Below are positions 1 through 7,809 of a stretch of DNA of 64,000 nucleotides, piece after piece. Both the position numbers and the translations under genes were made by a program. Numbering within the stretch: the first letter of the stretch is position 1; every line of letters begins with the position of its first letter. The DNA is from an uncultured Verrucomicrobiota bacterium (GTDB lineage: Bacteria; Verrucomicrobiota; Verrucomicrobiia; Verrucomicrobiales; V1-33): the NCBI GenBank assembly GCA_942492905.1, contig OW818657.1:5523908-5587907 (forward strand). The letters are read 5' to 3'. The notes under the pieces were generated by a model, which was given only the letters and a program-made list of their open reading frames with translations, was not told the origin of the DNA and did not search any database.

Positions 1-252
1 GTTGGGATCAATGTAACCGCCGTCCGGATTGATGGAGAACAGCACCGTGCAGTCAAACCCATGCTTTTGGCTCAGGATTTTCGCCAGCATCGGGCAGGTT
101 TCCTCGCTCCGATACTCCTCATCGCCAGCTACTAGGACAATTTTTTTTCCGTTGGCCGTGCCGTCTTTGGCGGGCAAGTGGAGCCAGTCTGCGGCAAAGC
201 CGGAATTACTGAAGACGGTGCACAGGGTCAGGAGGAGCGCGTGGTATTTCAT
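1..252 (-). CDS. Secreted ThuA-like / class-I glutamine-amidotransferase-like protein, N-terminal part only (gene runs off the left edge)
   Basis: Not in the ORF track because it is truncated. The reverse strand from ATG at 252 reads [84 protein letters not shown]. This gives a signal peptide followed by a [15 protein letters not shown] block that I remember from ThuA-domain proteins of PVC bacteria. It replaces the implausible + ORF 29..280. Confidence 0.45.
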   Translation of the reverse strand, partial: MKYHALLLTLCTVFSNSGFAADWLHLPAKDGTANGKKIVLVAGDEEYRSEETCPMLAKILSQKHGFDCTVLFSINPDGGYIDPN

Positions 253-505
253 GGGTAATCGAAATCAGGGGGAAAAATAACCGGACCACCCGGATTGGGA
301 GGGCCTTGGTTTCAGAAGGCTGTGGAAAACATGTTGGACCGGGCCGGAGTTATGGCGTGGAGAGCGCCATGACAGTGGCCGCAAGCTGAATGAATCGAGG
401 AGATACGCCAAGCAGAAAGCACAAATTGCACAGGGCGACTTTCCTGCAATAAAACCCCAAAAATGAGATATCCAAGGCGCACGGCGGGCCTGGAAAAATC
501 CACCC

Positions 506-549
506 GCAAAAACTCCTCCATAGAGCACGGCGGCACCCTTGGAGGAGTC
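506..549 (-). terminator. Possible rho-independent terminator after the beta-propeller gene
   Basis: On the minus strand just after the stop at 576: ACTCCTCCA (548..540), then a loop of about 19 nt, then TGGAGGAGT (520..512), followed by TTTTTGCGGGTGGATTTTT. The loop is long, so this is only moderate. Confidence 0.4.
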
Positions 550-575
550 AAGTTTCTACCGGACTTTGCTCGACC

Positions 576-2087
576 TCATTTGGCCCCGAAGGCGTAGAGG
601 TGGCTCATGGTCATGATGTAAAGCGTGTCATTGGCAAACACCGGAGTGGCGTAAAGGGGCCCAGGAAAGTCAATGGTGGCGATTTCCTTCATTTCCTTGC
701 CCGTCTGGAGGATGTGGAGTTCCCCCTCCTCGTTGCCGATATAGAGCTTGTCGCCCACAATCATGGTGCTGCCCCAGATGTGGCCCTTGGTGTCGTACAC
801 CCAGATCTTCGCGCCGGTCATGGCGTCGAGACAGTGCACGAGCCCGGAATAGTCGGCCACATACACGAGGTCGTCCTTGATGGACGGCGTGGAGATCGAG
901 CGGTTGATGCCTTTGTAGGTCCACAGGGGTTTGCCCTTGGCATCCAGGCAACTCATCATCCCGACGCCTTCACCGTGCTCGGGATCCTGGCCGATCTGGG
1001 TATAGATGCGGTCTTTGTAAACAACCGGAGTGGCGATGATCTCGCTGGGGCCGTCGTAGTCGGAATATTTCTTTTTCGCCTCGGGCGTGCCGCGGTATTC
1101 GGGCGGGTTGCCGTCATAGCGCCACAATTCATTCATGACGTCAAAGTCGTCCTGCTTTTTGAAGGTGAGGTCGAAGCCATAGGCAAACCCGTCACCGCCT
1201 CCGAAGATGATTTGTTTTTTGCCGCCGATTTCCGCGAGGGAAGGACTGGACCAGGAACAGTGGAGGCAGCGTTTGCTGACGCCTGAGGCTTCTTCGCCGA
1301 GGAGCTTGCCGGTGGCCTTGTCCAGGCAGATGAGGCTGGGCGCTTCGGGGGCGGGGATGTTGGTGTGAGTCCAGTCCACCCCATTGGAAGTGGTGACGTA
1401 GAGACGGTCTTCGAGGACGAGCACGTTGCTCGAGGTAATGTTGTGAGGGAACACCCCGCATTCATCACGCATGTCGAAGGTCCAGATAATGTCGGCATCA
1501 TTGTCACCGAGCGCATCGATTTTGTTTTCCGGGGTGGAGAAGTAGGTGGCTTCGTCCTTGAAGGGGCCATCATTGCCATTCTTCATGCCGTCGGTATCAA
1601 GGCAGACCACCTGACAGCGATTGGTGGTGAGATAGATGCGGTTCTTCTCCACGCTGGCCCCGGAGCAGAGGCCGAGGTACTCCCAGTCGGAGACTTTGCC
1701 GGTGCCCAGCTTCGGCGAGGCGAATTGCCAGATGAATTGACCGGTTTTTTCGTCGAGACAGAGCAGCACCCCGCGGTCACCGGTATATTTGGTGTCGAAG
1801 GGATTCTCGTTGTTGGTGCCCAGAAAAACCTTGCCTTGGGAAACCGTCGGAGTGCCATAGGCTTGGGAGCCGAGGCGGGTCACCCACTTGAGGCCTTTGG
1901 TGGTGGCCATGTCGACGTCGTCCTTCCCTTTGATCTTCTTGCCGGGATCAATCTCCACGGGAGCGTTGCCGGTGGTGACCATGTTACGGGAGTGGGTGCC
2001 GCCCCACTCGGACCAGTCCGCATGGGCAACAGTGAGACCGGCGGCCAACGCAGCCAGAGCGGTCATGGAGAGAGTGAGTCGGGTCAT
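576..2087 (-). CDS. PQQ-like (BamB/YVTN-type) beta-propeller repeat protein, secreted
   Basis: 503-aa ORF with signal peptide MTRLTLSMTALAALAAGLTVAHA. It has repeated motifs of the type G-x-V/I-Y-x-x-x-x-G-x-L-x-C/A-L-D-x-x-T-G-x-x-x-W (for example LLCLDEKTGQFIW, LICLDKATGKLL, VHCLDAMTGAKIW), which are typical of PQQ-like propeller blades. Confidence 0.8.
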   Translation of the reverse strand: MTRLTLSMTALAALAAGLTVAHADWSEWGGTHSRNMVTTGNAPVEIDPGKKIKGKDDVDMATTKGLKWVTRLGSQAYGTPTVSQGKVFLGTNNENPFDTKYTGDRGVLLCLDEKTGQFIWQFASPKLGTGKVSDWEYLGLCSGASVEKNRIYLTTNRCQVVCLDTDGMKNGNDGPFKDEATYFSTPENKIDALGDNDADIIWTFDMRDECGVFPHNITSSNVLVLEDRLYVTTSNGVDWTHTNIPAPEAPSLICLDKATGKLLGEEASGVSKRCLHCSWSSPSLAEIGGKKQIIFGGGDGFAYGFDLTFKKQDDFDVMNELWRYDGNPPEYRGTPEAKKKYSDYDGPSEIIATPVVYKDRIYTQIGQDPEHGEGVGMMSCLDAKGKPLWTYKGINRSISTPSIKDDLVYVADYSGLVHCLDAMTGAKIWVYDTKGHIWGSTMIVGDKLYIGNEEGELHILQTGKEMKEIATIDFPGPLYATPVFANDTLYIMTMSHLYAFGAK

Positions 2088-2141
2088 AGGGAGGAAGATT
2101 TCAGTTTTCAGGATTTCGGTTATGAATGCGGCAGCGCAAGG

Positions 2142-4430
2142 TCACTTGTTGGAGGTGACCTTGATATTGTCGACGTAAACGGTCTGCTTGCCCTGGAGGG
2201 CAAAGCCAAAGAGGCCGGGAGCCCCCTGGGGGTGGGCGATCTTGTGAGGCACCTCGATGGTCCAGGCTTCGGGCTCGGGAGAACCTTTGGCCCAGGCTTT
2301 TCCTTTGATGACCCCGGAGCCGTCCGGAGCCAGGTCGACGCGGGTCTTCAGGGTATACCAGGTTTTGGCGGCGACCGGGAATGGCGCCGCGACTTTGAGC
2401 CGTTCCTGATTGGAACTGACTTCGATCTCATTGGAATTGCCCTTCAGCGTGATCAGATAGCGCTGATTGATCAGTCCGACTTCGGACTTCATCCGGCGGT
2501 TGCCCTCGGTCATCATGTCAGCCTGGACCGTGTAGTTCTTCATTTCATCGCTGCCAATAAACGTGGTGGCGCGCTGGAAGAAGACGGGACTGAGGGTTTT
2601 GAAGAGAACCTTGTTCCCGTCGAGGTCGCGGACCTCCCATTTGAAACGGCCGCCGATCCAAGGCAGCGGCGGATAGGCGAATTTCACTCCCGGATCGGTG
2701 AGGGAATCCTCGTTGGGGATGATGGATTCGAAGTCCTGGGAGATCGGCAGGGCCGAAATGACGCGGCCGCGGATAATGCCAGTGGCAGTGCCGCTGGTGG
2801 CTTTGAAGGCCCCGGCACTTTGCTGGGCGGTGGGGAGGGCGGCCAGCTTGCCGTCCGCTCCGAAAGTGGCGTCCAAGGTGGCCTTCACCTTGGCGGTGGG
2901 AGGGATGTAGGATTCCCATTTGGCATCGGTGACTTCCCCGGTGGGGTAGCCTTTGGCATCGATGCCGCGGATTTTGAAGGCCTGGCTTTCACCGGGGTGG
3001 AGAATCACTTCCTGCGGCAGGGCCTGCAGCGCGGCGACAGGACCGGGCTGTGTTTTTGGCAGGGTGAACCAATCACCCTTGCCGGTCACAGCGCCTTTCG
3101 CGATGGTGAACGCATAGAGTTTTTTGGCGGTGCAGATGTAGAGTTTGCCATTGGCCACCGAAGGAGGACCGAGAGCGAATCCTGACAGTTTGATGCGTTT
3201 GATGACCTCGCCTTTTTCCTTGGTGGGCTTGATGACGAACAGCAGGCCGTCCTCGCTGGCAACGTCATTCAGGATGGGCACATACAGCAGGCCATTCACA
3301 TAAAGCGGGGAAGCGTGCAGGTTGCCCGGCCCCAGTTTTTCCTCCCAGAGCTGGGCTCCGGTTTCAGGGTCCGCAGCATAGAGCACCCCGGTAGTGGCCA
3401 CCTGGAAAACCATGCCATCGGCATAAACCGGGGAACTGGTTTCAGCGGAATAAGGAAGGCGCCAGGCTTCGGCGGTCTTCGGCAGGACGGGCACGGGATC
3501 TTCCGGCGGGCCGGGCGGCAGGGCGCCTTCCGGGAGGCGGATACACTCAAATCCACCGGTCATGGTGGTGTCGATGTTTTCCTTGTCGTGCGCCGTGATA
3601 AGCTTGCCATTGACGAGAATAGGGGAGGCATTGACGCCGCCCTTGGCCGTGAGGAAACGCCAAAGGGGTTTGCCGGTCAGGGCATTCATGGCAACAAAAT
3701 GTCCGCAGCCGGTGGTGGCATACATCACCGGGGCACCGTCGCGCATTTCAATGACGCCGGTGGAAAAGGAGCTGTCCTGGGGCTGGACACCGGGGGTGGA
3801 GGCCCAGACCAGATCGCCGGACTTCTTTTGATAGGCGTAGAAGCGGTCGCGGGCCGGGCCATCTCCGCCCCAGTTGGCGGTGATCCCGCGGACAATCACC
3901 AGATCCCCCACGATCACTGGAGCGCCGGTCCGGCCGTTAGGGAAGCTGAGACGGCCCACTTCCTCCATCAGGCTGCGCTGCCAGAGGGTCTTTCCGTCGC
4001 GGTCCATCGCCACCAGTTCACCGGCGGTGGACATGAGGTAAATCAGACCGGTTTCCACGTCCACGGTCGGACTGCCGATCGCGTAGCGGCTGTAGGCGTT
4101 GTCGCTCAGGAAGTCGGGGAGCCGTTTTTCCCAGAGCAGCTTGCCGGTTTTTTCATCAAAACAGGTCAGGCCTTCCGCCTGCTCTGCTCCCTGCCCTTTG
4201 TAACTGTAAAGGTAAATCCGGCCATTGGCGATGACGGGAGCGCCGCGTCCGGAGATATCGAAGGTCCAATCCGGGGCGTCCGGAAAGACGTTTTCGGCAT
4301 ATTTCTCAGCGCTGCGGCCATCCTGAGTGGGGCCACGCCAGGAATACCAATCATCAGCCTGCGCCGCCAGAGGGGCCAAGGCGACTACAGAAGCGACAAG
4401 ACAGGGGAGGCGGGAGGCGCGGAAATTCAT
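2142..4430 (-). CDS. PQQ-like beta-propeller protein with long C-terminal extension (Ig-like plus LamG/DUF1080-like jelly-roll)
   Basis: 762-aa ORF with signal peptide MNFRASRLPCLVASVVALAPLAAQA. The N-terminal half carries propeller blades (LTCFDEKTGKLLW, LVAMDRDGKTLW, FVAMNALTGKPLW, LYAADPETGAQLW). The C-terminal ~330 aa is non-propeller and ends in ...LFGFALQGKQTVYVDNIKVTSNK, which looks like a concanavalin-type fold. Confidence 0.8.
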   Translation of the reverse strand: MNFRASRLPCLVASVVALAPLAAQADDWYSWRGPTQDGRSAEKYAENVFPDAPDWTFDISGRGAPVIANGRIYLYSYKGQGAEQAEGLTCFDEKTGKLLWEKRLPDFLSDNAYSRYAIGSPTVDVETGLIYLMSTAGELVAMDRDGKTLWQRSLMEEVGRLSFPNGRTGAPVIVGDLVIVRGITANWGGDGPARDRFYAYQKKSGDLVWASTPGVQPQDSSFSTGVIEMRDGAPVMYATTGCGHFVAMNALTGKPLWRFLTAKGGVNASPILVNGKLITAHDKENIDTTMTGGFECIRLPEGALPPGPPEDPVPVLPKTAEAWRLPYSAETSSPVYADGMVFQVATTGVLYAADPETGAQLWEEKLGPGNLHASPLYVNGLLYVPILNDVASEDGLLFVIKPTKEKGEVIKRIKLSGFALGPPSVANGKLYICTAKKLYAFTIAKGAVTGKGDWFTLPKTQPGPVAALQALPQEVILHPGESQAFKIRGIDAKGYPTGEVTDAKWESYIPPTAKVKATLDATFGADGKLAALPTAQQSAGAFKATSGTATGIIRGRVISALPISQDFESIIPNEDSLTDPGVKFAYPPLPWIGGRFKWEVRDLDGNKVLFKTLSPVFFQRATTFIGSDEMKNYTVQADMMTEGNRRMKSEVGLINQRYLITLKGNSNEIEVSSNQERLKVAAPFPVAAKTWYTLKTRVDLAPDGSGVIKGKAWAKGSPEPEAWTIEVPHKIAHPQGAPGLFGFALQGKQTVYVDNIKVTSNK

Positions 4431-4683
4431 GGGAAGAGTGTGGATTCGTTACGGAAGGTGACGGGCCGGGCTTTCAGACAGCACTACAAGGTGACTACGG
4501 TTTCACGATTTCAACGCCGGACAAACCACGTATTTCAGTAATTAACCCGACTCCACTTCCCCGCCTCCGCAAAAAAAGTCCTTTTGCCGTCCAGCCTGCC
4601 CCCTTCACCCTTGACCCGCACTTGTCACCACAATCTTCTCTTGCAGGAATCCCACGGCGCGGCACCATCCTCATGCAATCCTG

Positions 4684-4758
4684 GCACGGGTAGCTCAGCG
4701 GTAGAGCGGCTCGTTTACACCGAGTTGGTCGGGGGTTCGATCCCCTCCCCGTGCACCA
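4684..4758 (+). tRNA. tRNA-Val (anticodon TAC), CCA encoded
   Basis: Manual cloverleaf. Acceptor GCACGGG pairs with CCCGTGC. D-arm is GCTC/GAGC. Anticodon stem is GCTCG/CGAGT with loop TTTACAC (anticodon TAC). T-arm is GGGGG TTCGATC CCCTC. The 3' end is ACCA, ending at 4758. Confidence 0.95.
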
Positions 4759-4775
4759 CTTCCCCTTCCTGTCCC

Positions 4776-5903
4776 ATGCCGGCCGCGCAGCTGCTCCTGA
4801 TCAGCTGGATTTTGCTGCTCCTCCCGGCCAGTGCTGAAGACGTCACCAAGCCGCCCGCACCGCCCGCTTTTTCCGCAGGGAAGGCTGCTCCCGGCCCCGC
4901 CGATCCCCTCGCCAGTCTCGACGGCGCGCAAATCCAAGACCTCTTCCAATGGCTTAGCCGTCATGCCACGGACCCTGCCGCCCTCTCCCAGGACGCCCTG
5001 AACCGGGCCGCCCTCCGCAGCCTCCTCCAGGACCCGCGCACCGGAGCCCAGATCGTGGAAACCGCGGCCGCCGCGCCCCTCCCGGTCCATCCTCCCCTGC
5101 TCGCCCGCCTCCGTCCCACCGCCGCTTACGCCCAACCCGGACCTCTCACAGGGGAAAATCTCCGTGCCCTCGCCAGCTTCCTCGGCAGTCTCCCGCCGGA
5201 AGTCACCACTCTCCTCCTCGACCTCCGCGCCCCCCAACCGCCCGCTCCACTCGCGGGAGCGGCCGCCCTTGCCAGCCTGTTTCTTCCAGAAAAAACCCCG
5301 CTTTTTCTCCTTCAATCCAGCGCCACGCCTTCCCCTGCAGCAGTCCCACCGTCCCACGCACCACGGCTCCACTCCGCCACCGGTCCGGGGGGCTGGGACT
5401 GCCGGGTCTGGCTTCTGCTGGATGAACGTACTACCCCTCCCGCCGAACTCGCCGCCCACCTCCTCGTCCACCACCTTCAGGCTCTCAGTTTTGGTACTCC
5501 CACCCCCGGCACCCTGACGGAAACCATCGATCGACCCCTCGGCCCCTCACACTTCGTCCGCCTCCCCGCCGCGACCGTTTCGTGGCCGGACGGCACCCGC
5601 CTCACCGGCACCCCGCTGGTGCCGCAGGTCCGGGTCCCTGCCGTCGCGGAATCCCGTCAGGCTCTCCTCACCCTGACCAATCCCACCGCCCTCCCGGCCC
5701 TCCTGCTCGAAACCGACCGCCCCCGCCTGAATGAGGCCGCCCTCATGGCCGGCACCCCACCGGAACTGACCCCCTCCAGCCAGCCCACCTCTGCCCCACG
5801 GCCCGATCCCGTGCTGCAACAAGCCCTCGACCTGTTGGAAACCTCGGCCCTGCTTAAACTGGATGCGCCGGAGGAAATCAAACGCCCTTTGCCGGGCCGA
5901 TGA
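4776..5903 (+). CDS. Secreted Pro/Ala-rich S41 (C-terminal processing peptidase)-like protein, probably catalytically inactive
   Basis: The track ORF 4584..5903 overlaps the tRNA, so I moved the start to ATG 4776, which gives the signal peptide MPAAQLLLISWILLLLPASA. The core matches the S41 layout: TTLLLDLRAPQPPAPLAGAAALASLFLP corresponds to xLILDLRxNxGGxxxxAxxxAxLFL, RVWLLLDERTTPPAELAAHLL to VLVNxGSASASEIxAGAL, and SFGTPTPGTLTE to TFGKGxVQ. Confidence 0.6.
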   Translation: MPAAQLLLISWILLLLPASAEDVTKPPAPPAFSAGKAAPGPADPLASLDGAQIQDLFQWLSRHATDPAALSQDALNRAALRSLLQDPRTGAQIVETAAAAPLPVHPPLLARLRPTAAYAQPGPLTGENLRALASFLGSLPPEVTTLLLDLRAPQPPAPLAGAAALASLFLPEKTPLFLLQSSATPSPAAVPPSHAPRLHSATGPGGWDCRVWLLLDERTTPPAELAAHLLVHHLQALSFGTPTPGTLTETIDRPLGPSHFVRLPAATVSWPDGTRLTGTPLVPQVRVPAVAESRQALLTLTNPTALPALLLETDRPRLNEAALMAGTPPELTPSSQPTSAPRPDPVLQQALDLLETSALLKLDAPEEIKRPLPGR

Positions 5904-6064
5904 GCCCGGGAGGAACTCCCTCTCGTTGGGAACCACACCCTTGGAAGGATTCAACTTCCCGGCGGACGGGGAGGGAAAGTCACATTCAGCCTTACTTCCG
6001 CTCAGTGGACTGGACGGAGAGTCAACTTGAAATAACCTGACATCCCGCGTATTGGCCCGCCACG

Positions 6065-6787
6065 ATGTCCTCCGCCCTGCCCGAACGCCTTGATACGATG
6101 CAACGCATCGAGCTGGCCTCCGGCGTGGAGGTGGAGTTGCATCCGGCGGGGCCAGTGGTGCGGGCGAAGGCCTGGCTGCTGGACCTGTTGTGGATGGGGC
6201 TGGCTTATACCCTGGCAGGGGTGGTCATTGGCGTAAGCAGCCTTGCGGTCGGTTTTGAGGGCGGCAGCGGCTTGCTTCTACTGTTATCATTTTTCATGAG
6301 CTGGGGGTATCGGGTGGTCTATGAGAAAATGCGCGGAGCAACCCCCGGGAAAAAAAGCTGCGGATTGAAGGTGGTGATGACTTCGGGGGCACCACTGACG
6401 TGGACTGCGGCCATGTTGCGCAATCTGCTGCGGGTGGCTGATTTCCTGCCCGCGGCCTATGTGACGGGACTGATGTCCTGCCTGCTGAGCCGCCGTTTCC
6501 AGCGGTTGGGGGATCTGGTGGCGGATACCATGGTGGTCTATAGCCGCCCGCAGGCGGGCACCCTGCCGCTGATGCCCCACGGGGCGTGGACCGCGGCACT
6601 GCCACCACCGGTCGCCTTGAGCCGGGAAGAGCGGGCCGCCATCATCCGCTTCAACGAACGGCTGCCGATGTGGTCTGACAGCCGGCGGCAGGAGCTGGCC
6701 GGGCAGGTGCAGGCCTTGACTGGAGCCTCCGGGGCCGAAGGGGTGCGCCGCCTCGCCGGGATCGGATTCTGGCTCAGGGATTCCTGA
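6065..6787 (+). CDS. RDD-family membrane protein
   Basis: 240-aa ORF. It has a typical RDD-domain layout (RAKAWLLDLLWMGLAYTL..., three TM segments, LGDLVADTMVV) followed by a soluble C-terminal tail. It is the first gene of a co-directional five-gene cluster. Confidence 0.75.
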   Translation: MSSALPERLDTMQRIELASGVEVELHPAGPVVRAKAWLLDLLWMGLAYTLAGVVIGVSSLAVGFEGGSGLLLLLSFFMSWGYRVVYEKMRGATPGKKSCGLKVVMTSGAPLTWTAAMLRNLLRVADFLPAAYVTGLMSCLLSRRFQRLGDLVADTMVVYSRPQAGTLPLMPHGAWTAALPPPVALSREERAAIIRFNERLPMWSDSRRQELAGQVQALTGASGAEGVRRLAGIGFWLRDS

Positions 6788-6840
6788 AATGTCCTTTTAA
6801 GATCACTTTTCCGCCCCCCGGCTTTCCCCATCCTGACACC

Positions 6841-7809
6841 GTGACCCAGCTCCGCTTTGAACAGGAACACCAGGCCCGCTGGGAAGCCATGGAGGCGCTG
6901 CTGGCGGCCGCCCAAAAACGGCAATTCAGCCCGGATCAGGTTCAGTTGCCGGGGCTTTACCGGCAGGTGTGCGCGGACCTGTCCCTGGCCCAGCACCGCA
7001 TGTATGGGGAGCGGCTCTGCGGACGGCTGAATGATCTGGTGATCCGCACCCGGGAAGCCCTGACAAGGGGCACCCTGACAGACCGGCGGGATGAGGCGGC
7101 CCGTCTGTGGTCGAGCTGTCCGCGCGCGGTGCGGCGGGAGTGGCGTCTGTTCTGGCTGAATATGCTGCTTTTCTGGGGGCCCATGGTGGCCTTCATCATT
7201 GCCGCCTATCAGGATGAGCGCTGGATCTTTGCAGTGCTGGATGAAGGCACCATGGGCCAGTTGGACGAAATGTATGGCAGCGATTCTCCGGTCGATGCGT
7301 TGCGGGGGCAGTTCGGCTCGGATTTTGCGATGTTCGCCTACTACATCCAGCATAACATCAGCATCGGCCTGCGGACCATCGCGGGAGGAGTGCTGGCGAC
7401 CCTCGGCGCCGTGATTTCCACCGCCACCCAGGGCATCCTGCTGGGGGCAATGTTTGGTTATGTGCACTACGCCGGAAATACCGGCCGGTTTTATACTTTT
7501 GTGGCCGGCCACTCGTCTTTTGAACTGATGGGGCTGGTGATCTGCGGGGTCGCAGGAACCCGGCTGGGAATGGCCGTGCTGAATCCGGGAACCCTGAGCC
7601 GGGCTGAGGCCCTGAAGGTCTCCGCGAAACAGGCGCTGCCGCTGATTTACGGCGGTCCCCTGCTCGTGCTGATTGCCGCCTTCATCGAAGGCTTCTGGTC
7701 CGCCTCAGCGGTGCAACCGGAGATCAAGCACATCGTGGGCGTGGTGTTGTGGCTGCTGCTGGCGGCATGGTTGTTATTCGCCGGGAGGGGCGCTTCCGAT
7801 GAAGCTTGA
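6841..7809 (+). CDS. Stage II sporulation protein M-like (DUF95) integral membrane protein
   Basis: 322-aa ORF with a GTG start. The N-terminal soluble helix region (FEQEHQARWEAMEALL) is followed by multiple TM helices ending in ...AAFIEGFWSAS, the pattern of SpoIIM/DUF95 homologs that accompany RDD and MoxR/DUF58 genes. Confidence 0.7.
   Translation: MTQLRFEQEHQARWEAMEALLAAAQKRQFSPDQVQLPGLYRQVCADLSLAQHRMYGERLCGRLNDLVIRTREALTRGTLTDRRDEAARLWSSCPRAVRREWRLFWLNMLLFWGPMVAFIIAAYQDERWIFAVLDEGTMGQLDEMYGSDSPVDALRGQFGSDFAMFAYYIQHNISIGLRTIAGGVLATLGAVISTATQGILLGAMFGYVHYAGNTGRFYTFVAGHSSFELMGLVICGVAGTRLGMAVLNPGTLSRAEALKVSAKQALPLIYGGPLLVLIAAFIEGFWSASAVQPEIKHIVGVVLWLLLAAWLLFAGRGASDEA

Noticed and set aside
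29-280. + strand ORF of 83 aa at the left edge
   Set aside because: The opposite strand encodes a much more protein-like N-terminus (signal peptide plus a conserved ThuA-like block) starting at 252.
1365-4541. Long + strand ORFs 1365..3185 (606 aa) and 3315..4541 (408 aa) antisense to the two propeller genes
   Set aside because: They are Gly/Arg/His/Asp-rich low-complexity translations with no recognisable motifs. They mirror well-supported minus-strand genes that have signal peptides and repeat motifs. This is the typical shadow-ORF artefact of high-GC DNA.
4584-4775. N-terminal extension of ORF 4584..5903
   Set aside because: The extension reads straight through the tRNA-Val gene (4684..4758). 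The internal ATG at 4776 provides a proper signal peptide.
4684-6064. tRNA-Val as a possible integration site for a genomic island
   Set aside because: There is no integrase, no duplicated tRNA 3' end, no direct repeat that I could see, and no compositional shift downstream of the tRNA.
7673-7798. Upstream extension of the large fusion protein (start at 7673)
   Set aside because: The extension (MPPSSKASGPPQRCNRRSSTSWAWCCGCCW...) is the out-of-frame reading of the C-terminal TM helices of the upstream SpoIIM-like gene. ATG 7799 gives a sensible start and a short overlap typical of operons.
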